A DNA stretch of 64,000 nucleotides from Candidatus Aminicenantes bacterium (GTDB taxonomy: Bacteria; Acidobacteriota; Aminicenantia; Aminicenantales; UBA8522). Where the stretch lies: assembly GCA_963764885.1 (NCBI GenBank), contig CAVXUH010000007.1, positions 634,764-698,763 on the forward strand. The letters are read 5' to 3'. Numbering within the stretch: position 1 is the first letter of the stretch; every line of letters starts with the position of its first letter. This document shows, piece by piece, positions 56,330 to 64,000 of the stretch. A model generated the notes under the pieces. It ran no database searches, had not been told where the DNA came from, and saw only the letters and a program-made list of their open reading frames with translations. Position numbers and translations under genes: made by a program.

Positions 56330-57512
56330 CTAAACCCCCATCTCCTCGAGCCGCTGCCAGCAGTACCACTGCATCCGCGGCAGGTGGAAGAAGCCCTTCC
56401 ACATGTTGCCCTTGAGGGTCGTCGAGACGCTGCCGTCGCGGTGCAGGTAGCCGAACCATTCGCCGTGGATGGGATCGGGGAAATGCGCATGCGCCCAGTC
56501 GTGGACGGCCTGGTGCCAGCGGGCGTACTTCTCGTCGCCCGTGAGCTGGTAGGCCAGGAGCGAGCCGATGATCGCCTCGTTGTGCGGCCACCAGAACTTC
56601 ATGTCGTGCCAGTACTCGGTCGCGGGCCGCCCTTTCGCGTCGCGGAAGTAGAAGAGACCGCCGCACTCGCGGTCCCAGCCGAGCTCCATCGACCAGTCGA
56701 TGATCTTCGTGCCGATGTCGATCAGGCGGCGGTTGCCGTTCCGGAGGCGCGCCTCCTCGAGGATGAACCAGCCGACCTCGATGGCGTGGCCCGGCAGCAC
56801 GAGGCGGCCGTCGAAGTTGTCCAGGAACTCGCCCTTGGGGCCCGACAGTCTCGAGGACGCACTTGAACTCGGGCTTCATGAAGTCGCGCTCGACCTCGGC
56901 GATGTTGCGGTCGATGACCTCGTCGAGGAGGGGGTCGGGAACGGCTTTCCGGAGCTCCTGGGCCGTCACGAGCAGGCACATCGGGATCGACAGGCCCTTC
57001 ATCGGCCGGACCTCGGGGTTGGTCTTCGGCGGGAGGGCGCCCGGGGTTTCGAGGTAGTTGAGGACGCGCTTGAAGAGGTCGAGCGCCTCTTTTTTCGCGC
57101 CGTCGTCCCGGGCGGCCTGCCCGTAGGCGGCCAGGGCGATGATGGCGAAGATCTCGGAGAAAATATAGCGGCGCTTGCGGAGCGGCCGGCCCTCGCGGGT
57201 CAGGCTGAAGAACATCCGGCCGTCCGTGTCGAAGCACCGCTCGTGGAGGAAATCGACGCCGTGGCGGGCGAGGCTGAGCCACTCCTCTTTGCGCTCCACG
57301 GTGTTGTAGAGGGTGGCCAGCATCCAGGTGAAGCGCCCCTGGAACCAGACGGACTTGTCGGTCTGGAGGAGGGAGCCGTCGCGGTCGAAGCAGGTCAGGA
57401 ACCCGCCGTGCTCCTCGTCCACCGAGCGCGGGAACCAGAAGGGGATGGTGTCGCGAAGCAACCCGTCACGATAGACATCGCGCAGCCGTTTTCGTTCCTC
57501 GGGCGTCCTCAT
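56330..57512 (-). CDS. N-acylglucosamine 2-epimerase (AGE) family sugar epimerase/isomerase (frameshift in a G4/C4 run near 56836)
   Basis: (alpha/alpha)6-barrel AGE motifs. N-terminal part (ORF 56241..57512 up to ...FMKPEFKCVLETVGPQG) and C-terminal part (ORF 56330..56800, GEFLDNFDGRLVLPGHAIEVGWF...) join if one C is removed from cccc. Confidence 0.75.
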
Positions 57513-58980
57513 CTCTTACCCCCTTGCTCGAGCCAGTGCCGCTCGATCTCCTCCAGGCTCCGGCCCTTGGTCTCGGGGACCATCCGCCAGAAGAAGATCG
57601 TGGCCACGAGGCAGAGGGCCGAGAACGTAAAGAACCCGATGTCCATTCCGAACCGGTTCACGAACCAGGGGAACAGGAAGGCGATGACGGCGTTCGTCGC
57701 CCAAACGGCGAATACGGTGATCGACATCGCCCGCCCCCGGACGCGGTTGGGAAAGATCTCGGGCAGGATCACCCAGATGACGCCGCAGATCGAGACCGAG
57801 ACGCAGGCCATGAACGCTCCGAGCGCCACGACCAGCCAAATCCCCGAGGCGAGGTCCAGGGTGAAAAGCAGGGCGATGATCCCGAGAGTCAGCGTGACCC
57901 CGGCCATGCCCCGGATGAGAAGCGGCCGCCGGCCCCAAGTGTCGACCTTCCAGATCGCGACCAGGGTGAAGATGAGGTTGCTGAACCCGAGCGCGACCTG
58001 GTACTGGAGCGCCCCGCCGACCTTGAGGCCCGCCTTTTCGAGGATCGTCGGTCCGTAATAGACGACCGTGTTGACGCCGGTGAGCTGGCTGAAGATGGCC
58101 ACGCCCAACCCGGCGATGAGAGCCAGGCGAAGCCCGGGCTTGAGGAGCTCGCGGAGAGAACCCTCCTCGCACTCCGCCGCGCCCTGGATCTCCTTCATCT
58201 CCGCCCGGGCCGTCTCGCGGCCGCCCACCCGCGCCAGGATCAGGAATCCCCGCTTGAGCCGGCCGTTCTCGATCAGCCAGCGGGGGCTTTCCGGGACGAA
58301 GAGCAGAAGCAGGATGAAGAGGATGTTCGGGATCATGAGCATGGCGAACATGCCCCGCCAGACTTCGCTGACGAGGATGCGGTGGAGGAAGCCCGCGCCG
58401 CCGAAGGCCGCCTGATGGGTCTCGGAAAACCTGACGACCGCCCAGTTCGACGTGTAGGCGAGGAGTATGCCGATGACGATCGAGAGCTGGAAAAGCGCCG
58501 CCAGCCGGCCGCGGATCTTGGGCGGGGCGAACTCCGAGATGTAGATGGGCGCGAGGACCGAGGCGACGCCGACGCCGATCCCGCCCACGATCCGGGCGGC
58601 GATCAGCATGGAGAAGGTGTCTCGGGATGGTCGTGTACAGTGCGGAGAAGAGGAACGTCGCGCCGCCCGCGATGAGCACCGGCCGCCGGCCGAACCTGTC
58701 GCCCAGCCAGCCGGCGACCATGGCGCCCAGGATGCAGCCCACCAGGGCGGCGCTCCCGAACCAGCCGAGGGCGAACTTGCTCAGGCCGAACTGTTTCTCG
58801 ACAAAACCGAAGGTCCCCGAGATGACCGCCGTGTCGAACCCGAACAGGAACCCTCCGAGCGACGCCACGAGACAAACGGAGGCGAGGAAGAACCCCGAGC
58901 CGCGAGCGGGGGCATCGGCATCCGACCAGTTGTCGGCGGCGCTGTCAGCAGCGATGACGGCTTTTTCTGGCGAGGACATC
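57509..58980 (-). CDS. MFS transporter, sugar porter family (frameshift near 58610-58630)
   Basis: GFLFGFDTAVISG, GRRP and PESPRWL...PETKGRSLEEIE are SP-family signatures. The N-terminus lies in the frame of ORF 57516..59021, the rest in ORF 57509..58609. 4-nt overlap with the AGE gene. Confidence 0.75.
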
Positions 58981-59231
58981 GGGCGTTTCTCCTTCGTTCT
59001 CTGAACAGGCCTTCCGGCCACGGCGGCCAGAATATGGCCTCGCGCCCAGCGCTGTCAAGTTGAATCGAGGGCAATCTCTTTTCAGGTGATGCCAGCGAGA
59101 ACAAAGTGGGGTGGCGCGGCGCCAGCCCCTGCGCGCCCGGAGCCCCCGAGAAGGGCCGGATGGGGATAGCGCCCCGAAGCCCCCCGTAGCGGAGGGGGAC
59201 CGGCGGGAAGCGGAGTCTTCGGAGCGACTAT

Positions 59232-59269
59232 CAGAATAGCGGCGGAGCAACTCGGAGCCGCTATTCTGC
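59232..59269. promoter_or_regulatory. perfect 12-bp inverted repeat (CAGAATAGCGGC-N14-GCCGCTATTCTG) in the divergent intergenic region between the MFS porter and the sugar-binding lipoprotein
   Basis: Read directly from the sequence. No ORF terminates here, so it is a candidate operator or RNA structure rather than a terminator. Confidence 0.4.
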
Positions 59270-59456
59270 GAAATCTCTAAGAAAACTCTTGGCTACCAGT
59301 TCGCCTTGGCGCCGGGGGGATAGGGCGCATTGCCGTCCGGCACTTCGAGATTGTGATCGTACGGCGGGGACGGTCCATGACAGCCGGGATCGGGTTTTTG
59401 ACAGGGCGGCGGGGTTTTGTTAGATTCGGGAGGAATTCAAGCCGAGAGTGACCATC

Positions 59457-60479
59457 ATGAAACTCAGATCGATCCGTCGCGTTTCTTATCCTGCAGCCTG
59501 GGCTCTTGTCCCGGTTTTATCGCTTCTGATCCTGGCCCTCATCCCGGCCGCCTGCTCGTCAGGCAAGGAGGCCGGATCGCCCAAGACGCTCAAGATCGCC
59601 GTCATCCCCAAGGGCATGACCCATGAGTTCTGGAACGCCATCCATGCCGGCGCCGTCAAGGCCGGCGGCGAGCTGGGCGTCGAGGTCATCTGGAAAGGGG
59701 CCAACAAGGAAGACGACCGCGCCGGCCAGATCAGCGTCGTCGAGGACATGATCAACCGCGGCGTGGACGGCATCGTGCTGGCGCCGCTCGACAACAAGGC
59801 CCTCGTCCGGCCGGTCGAGGAGGCGGGCCAGGAAAATATCCCCGTCGTGATCATCGATTCGCCGCTCCTCGGCGGCGGCTACGTCAGCTATATCGCGACC
59901 GACAACTACAAGGGCGGCGTCCTGGGCGCCGAACGGCTCGGCCAACTTCTCGGCGGGAAGGGGAAGATCTTCCTCATCCGCTGCCTCGAGGGATCGGAGA
60001 GCTCCACCCTCCGCGAAGATGGTTTCCTGGAGACGATGCAGAAGGACTTTCCGGCCGTCGAGTTCCTGACCAAAGATCTCTACGCCGGCGTCACGGTCGA
60101 ATCCGCGTACCAGACGCTCGAGAACCTGCTCAACCGGTTCCCCGATGTCGAGGGGATCTTCTGTCCCAACGAGTCCACGAGTTTCGGGACGCTGCGCGCC
60201 CTGGAGAGCAAGGGGCTGGCGGGCAAGATCAAGTTCGTCGGTTTCGACAGCTCGCAGAAGCTGGTCGACGGGATGCGCAGCGGCTACATCCACGGCCTGG
60301 TCGTCCAGAATCCGTTCGCCATGGGCTACCTGGGCGTCAAGGCGATCGTCGCCCACCGGAAGGGCGAACCCGTCGAACCCAAGGTCGACACGGGCGAAAC
60401 CCTGGTCACGCCGGAGAACCTCGACCGGCCCGAGATCCAGGCGCTTCTTTTCCCCGACGTCAAAACTTATCTCCACTAG
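59457..60479 (+). CDS. periplasmic sugar-binding lipoprotein (ABC transporter substrate-binding, PBP1/RbsB-like), orphan
   Basis: Lipoprotein signal ...LILALIPAAC. PBP type-1 fold motifs (KIAVIPKGMTHEFWN ... VDGIVLAP ... IPVVIID). Confidence 0.8.
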   Translation: MKLRSIRRVSYPAAWALVPVLSLLILALIPAACSSGKEAGSPKTLKIAVIPKGMTHEFWNAIHAGAVKAGGELGVEVIWKGANKEDDRAGQISVVEDMINRGVDGIVLAPLDNKALVRPVEEAGQENIPVVIIDSPLLGGGYVSYIATDNYKGGVLGAERLGQLLGGKGKIFLIRCLEGSESSTLREDGFLETMQKDFPAVEFLTKDLYAGVTVESAYQTLENLLNRFPDVEGIFCPNESTSFGTLRALESKGLAGKIKFVGFDSSQKLVDGMRSGYIHGLVVQNPFAMGYLGVKAIVAHRKGEPVEPKVDTGETLVTPENLDRPEIQALLFPDVKTYLH

Positions 60480-60576
60480 GCCAGGCCGCCCGTTCTCGGG
60501 GACATGGTCGCGGAGATCCTTTCGTTTCGATTTGAGATATATAGTCTAATAGACTATGGTATACTTGGAGGTAGCG

Positions 60577-60852
60577 ATGCGCAACGTTTATACGATCACC
60601 GAGGCCAAGGCGAGATTATCGGAGCTCGTCGCTCGTCTGATTCATAAAAGGGACACCATCGTGCTGACCAGAAAAGGAAAGGAGGTCGCCGTCATCATGC
60701 CCTTCGAGGAATATCAGGAACTGGGAAAAAAGGACCGGGGGTTGATCTTGGCGCGCGGGGCGCTGGCCGGCCTGGACCGGGAAATCGACGACATGTGCCG
60801 GGCGATCTATGAAGAGAGAGAGAAGGAAGAAAGTCGAGAGGTCCACCTCTGA
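60577..60852 (+). CDS. Phd/YefM family antitoxin
   Basis: YTITEAKARLSELVARL...VVLTRKGKEVAVIMP pattern. 1-nt overlap with the downstream PIN toxin gene. Confidence 0.8.
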   Translation: MRNVYTITEAKARLSELVARLIHKRDTIVLTRKGKEVAVIMPFEEYQELGKKDRGLILARGALAGLDREIDDMCRAIYEEREKEESREVHL

Positions 60853-61253
60853 TGTATCTTTTCGATACCGACATCCTGAGCAATATCGTCAAGGCGGCGC
60901 CCTCCTCCCGACTTCTGGCGAAGCTCGCTGCGGCGCCCCCCGACCTCCAGTTCACGACAGCCGTCAACATCGGCGAGATCTATTACGGGGCGTCCCGATC
61001 GCCGCACCGGGAGCGGATCATCCAAGCCTTTGAAGCCAGGGTCTTTCCCCAGCTCGAGATCCTGCCTTTCGATGAAGGCAGCGGCAAGGTTTTTGGGGTC
61101 ATGAAGGCCGCTCTGGAAAAGAAAGGGCGGAGCGTCGGCGAGCCGGATCTCCGGATCGCCGCGATCGCCCTCCAGCACAAGCTGATCCTGATCACGGGCA
61201 ATGAAAAGCACTACAAAAACATTCCCCGGCTCGTGGTCGAAAACTGGCTTTAG
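60852..61253 (+). CDS. vapC: PIN-domain toxin (VapC family)
   Basis: MYLFDTDILS (first acidic residue), further acidic residues and the ITGNEKHY tail. 133 aa. Confidence 0.85.
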   Translation: MYLFDTDILSNIVKAAPSSRLLAKLAAAPPDLQFTTAVNIGEIYYGASRSPHRERIIQAFEARVFPQLEILPFDEGSGKVFGVMKAALEKKGRSVGEPDLRIAAIALQHKLILITGNEKHYKNIPRLVVENWL

Positions 61254-61320
61254 CGCTTCCTCTCCCTCCGCCCTCACTTCCGTCCTCAAGGGAGGATGAG
61301 CATTTTGGGGGAGAGTCCGA

Positions 61321-64000
61321 TCAACGGACTGTCCCGGGCAGCAGGCGGACGTTGTCGGGAGGTTGAATATCCGCCCCGGCCGTGCCCGTGTACTGATACT
61401 CACCCGAGGGCAGCCGCTCGAGGCGGCCGATCGCGTCCACCCGGAACTTGTCACCCTGCTGGATATCGATATAGTGGAAGACCTCGCCGGGCTTGAACAC
61501 GGACGCAGCCTCGACCTCGAGCTCGAGCGTCTTTCCCGGCGTGGCGCGAAGGATCTTCGTCTCGGCGCCCGACGCGGACAGAATGCGTTTGCCCCGGAAG
61601 AATCCCGATTCCTGCCGGTATACGGACCGCGCGTACTCATGGGGGATGCGGCTGACCAGCGTTTTCTGCCCCTTGACCTCGGTCGCTTCGCCCTTGCCGA
61701 GAACGACCGTCTCGTCGAGGAGGATCCTGGTCCGGCCGGCCTCTTTTGTGATCTTGGCGATGCGGTAGGACGTCGCTCTTGAGTAGCCGGGGTTCGAGAA
61801 AATGATCATGGCGCCGTCGAGGCGGCCGTCGTCGGGGAGGTCCGCGGAGGTCGTCAGGGCGCTTCCCGCGATATCCACGCTTTCGACGTCGCTGTCCCAG
61901 CCGGCCGTCCCGGGCTTGACCGTCCAGCCGAAACCCTGGAACTCCTGAGCGCCGATAAGATAGAGCGCCTCGAGCGCGCCGTCTTTCACGCGGGCCAGGA
62001 CGAACCTGCCGCCGAACGACAGGCTACCGCCAGTCCTTGTTCCGTCGTCGAGGGCGCTGTAAAGATAGTCCTTCGTTCCGTCCGAGCGGCTGATGACAAG
62101 GGCACGGGCCGCGATCCGGTCCGGTTCGCCCGACAACGGCACGTCTTCAACACCCTGGACCGACGGGCTTTCCACGAACGGCTCGACGACCGAGGCGAAC
62201 GAGCTCGAAAGATTCTTGCCTCTCCGGCGGGCGATGACGAAATCGGCCCGGGGAAAGATGGGTTTGATGCCGGGCGCATCCGCCGCGACGATCTCGGTCT
62301 GCGGGCCGGGGGCCAGGATCATCCGGACGTGCGCGTCCTTATCCACCTGCCACTCGGCGCTCACGGCGCCGTTCATCTTGCCACGGCGCGGATGGACGAG
62401 GAACCCGTAGCCGTTCCCCGGCGGCGGGTTCCAGTAGTATTGCTGGGGATGGCCTTCCATGTCGCCGTCGTTGAGCTGCCGGCTTCCCCAGGCGAATTCG
62501 GGGCCGGCCAGCGAGCCGCGGTCCGCCCGGCCGAGCGCCACCCCGGCCAGGTTCCCGAGCCCGCCCCGGAAATGGGTGAGATAGTCGTGACGGCTGCCGC
62601 CCTTGACGCGTAAGATGTCGACCAGGAACGCGCCCGGCCCTTCGCCGACGAGGGCCATTGTCCGGCGGTAGAGGGAAACACCCTTCCCGGCGTACGAGTT
62701 TTCCGATGAGGCCTCGATGACTTTGACTCCCGGGAAGTCGGCGAAAAGGTGCAGGCTCCCCCCCGTTAGACCCTGCTGCGATGTCTCGTCGACGACGACC
62801 AGGTTGTGGCTCGTAGTCTGCTTGGCGAACCCGACTTCCGTGTGGGTGTTGGCGTACTCGTAGCCCAGGTCGTAAGTGAGCTCATAGCCGAGCCCAAACA
62901 GATTATAGCCGAGGTCGTCGTAGTGGCCGTGGTTGAGGGACGGTCCGAACCGGAGGAGGAGTGCGGTCTCGGCGCGCTTGCCTGTCCGCAGGAGCCCGAG
63001 GCCTTCCTGGCCGAGAAAGTGCGTGCCGGTGATCCGGCGCTCGAGCTCGGCCGGAAGCGGCGGGACCTGCGCCGGCAGCTCGGTCTGGTGGAAAAGCAGC
63101 CAGTTGGGGTCGCCCGCCTCGCCCTGTGGCTTGCCCGCGGGGCTGTCGGCCAGATAATACCGCAGCGCCGCCGCCCTGGTCTTTTCGGGGCTGTCGGGGG
63201 TTCGCTCGTAGAGCCTCCTGGCGGCCATCAGGTCGCTCGTGTTCTCCGGCGTCGGCCCCGGGTCGAGGCGCGAGAGGTCGGGCATGGTGTCGCCGTAGGG
63301 CGGGAGATGCCCGGCGCCGGCGATCGACAGGTTGAGCAGGGTCAGGGCCGCCCGCATTTTCGGATGCGCGTAGAGGTCGAGGCCGTTCGGGTAGGGCTCC
63401 CGGCGGCAGTTGAGGAGCGGCTCGGCGTAGGTCACGTAGAGGTTCCGGGCGTGGTCGGAGTAGAGGGGCGAGGACTCGTAGTACTGGCCGTCCCGGCTGA
63501 TGTTGTTCTCGAGGAGCGAATAGATGCCGTAGGGACCGTCGACCGCCCAGCTGATGTACTCCGGGATATCGAGCAGGATGCCGGCGGCGAGGGTGCCGCG
63601 GATGTAATCGGCCTCGCCGTTGTTGAGGCCGCCGGCCTGGGACTGCTCGTAGCAGTAGGCGGCGCCGTTCCGGAGCATGTTGGTCTCGATGTTCTGCCGC
63701 CGGGTCAATCCCGCCGTCAGCGACGGCTGATCGAGGGAAGAGCTGTTGTAGATCTGGTCGTAGTGGTCGATGAGGCGGACGAGGACGCGAGAGACCTGGT
63801 ACCAGGGCCGGTCGAGCCGTCCGCTCGGCGGGGTCGAGGGGTAATCCCATGACCCCTTGTCGCATGAGGGGTAGATCGAGGCGACGGCGTCGAGGATGAG
63901 CGCCGCCTTGGCCGCGCAGCGGTCGTCGCCGGTCAGGGAATAAGCGTAGGCCAGATTCTCGGCGGCGGTGAGCGTGAGCTTCTCGATCACCCAGGCGTTG
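61321..64000 (-). CDS. heparinase II/III-like polysaccharide lyase family protein (N-terminus beyond window end)
   Basis: HGHYDDLGYNLFGLGYELTYDLGY and the surrounding (alpha/alpha) toroid plus a C-terminal beta-sandwich match the heparinase II/III / alginate-lyase superfamily. The ORF is still open at 63990. Confidence 0.7.
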   Translation of the reverse strand, partial: NAWVIEKLTLTAAENLAYAYSLTGDDRCAAKAALILDAVASIYPSCDKGSWDYPSTPPSGRLDRPWYQVSRVLVRLIDHYDQIYNSSSLDQPSLTAGLTRRQNIETNMLRNGAAYCYEQSQAGGLNNGEADYIRGTLAAGILLDIPEYISWAVDGPYGIYSLLENNISRDGQYYESSPLYSDHARNLYVTYAEPLLNCRREPYPNGLDLYAHPKMRAALTLLNLSIAGAGHLPPYGDTMPDLSRLDPGPTPENTSDLMAARRLYERTPDSPEKTRAAALRYYLADSPAGKPQGEAGDPNWLLFHQTELPAQVPPLPAELERRITGTHFLGQEGLGLLRTGKRAETALLLRFGPSLNHGHYDDLGYNLFGLGYELTYDLGYEYANTHTEVGFAKQTTSHNLVVVDETSQQGLTGGSLHLFADFPGVKVIEASSENSYAGKGVSLYRRTMALVGEGPGAFLVDILRVKGGSRHDYLTHFRGGLGNLAGVALGRADRGSLAGPEFAWGSRQLNDGDMEGHPQQYYWNPPPGNGYGFLVHPRRGKMNGAVSAEWQVDKDAHVRMILAPGPQTEIVAADAPGIKPIFPRADFVIARRRGKNLSSSFASVVEPFVESPSVQGVEDVPLSGEPDRIAARALVISRSDGTKDYLYSALDDGTRTGGSLSFGGRFVLARVKDGALEALYLIGAQEFQGFGWTVKPGTAGWDSDVESVDIAGSALTTSADLPDDGRLDGAMIIFSNPGYSRATSYRIAKITKEAGRTRILLDETVVLGKGEATEVKGQKTLVSRIPHEYARSVYRQESGFFRGKRILSASGAETKILRATPGKTLELEVEAASVFKPGEVFHYIDIQQGDKFRVDAIGRLERLPSGEYQYTGTAGADIQPPDNVRLLPGTVR

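Noticed and set aside
58945-59250. 101-aa minus-strand ORF in the 425-bp MFS/SBP intergenic region
   Set aside because: Arg/Ser-rich low-complexity translation with no start context or motifs. The region is more likely regulatory (it contains the 12-bp perfect inverted repeat).

Overview
This is a high-GC (~68-70%) bacterial chromosomal segment, probably from a metagenome-assembled genome, with about 45 protein-coding genes. I saw no rRNA, tRNA, CRISPR array or recognisable transposase or integrase. Gene content by region: (i) 1-9040, a polysaccharide (O-antigen/EPS-like) biosynthesis locus with several GT1/GT4 glycosyltransferases, a SAM methyltransferase, a Wzz-like chain-length determinant, WecB, RmlD-like and a cupin sugar epimerase/isomerase. 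(ii) 9100-11800, two convergent paralogous secreted repeat proteins. (iii) 12-22 kb, cell-wall and redox genes (LD-carboxypeptidase, a Tat-exported DUF362 paired with a membrane polyferredoxin, AmiC amidase, an archaeal-type phosphoglycerate mutase) and secreted glycan-degrading enzymes (a GH27 alpha-galactosidase and a hypothetical TIM-barrel protein). (iv) 22.5-36.9 kb, a housekeeping block: guaA, dnaE, an atypical receiver-domain protein, valS, birA, coaX, a hypothetical gene, RNase R and a stand-alone SelB winged-helix protein. (v) A REC-PAS-GAF-PAS-GGDEF signalling protein, an S46 peptidase and a PadR regulator with its membrane partner. (vi) 43-53.4 kb, the most unusual region: a very large secreted multicopper oxidase fused to an FN3 domain and a C-terminal propeller of 41-residue blades, divergently paired with a CusB-like membrane-fusion protein carrying a copper-binding YHS domain. 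Two about 80 percent identical directly repeated paralogs of SBBP-plus-propeller proteins bracket this pair. (vii) 54.5-64 kb, a sugar-uptake and epimerase module (SSS transporter, AGE epimerase, MFS sugar porter, orphan periplasmic sugar-binding lipoprotein), a Phd/VapC toxin-antitoxin pair and a heparinase II/III-like gene cut by the window end. The same 41-aa-blade secreted repeat family occurs five times in the window. About ten otherwise conserved genes are split by +/-1 frameshifts; the two I resolved at nucleotide level (a 7-C run and a 4-G run) sit in G/C homopolymers. Frameshifts in single-copy genes should therefore be treated first as sequence-quality artefacts. There are also two small repeated non-coding elements: an approximately 115-bp repeat after dnaE and after valS, and a 28-nt palindromic motif with three copies.
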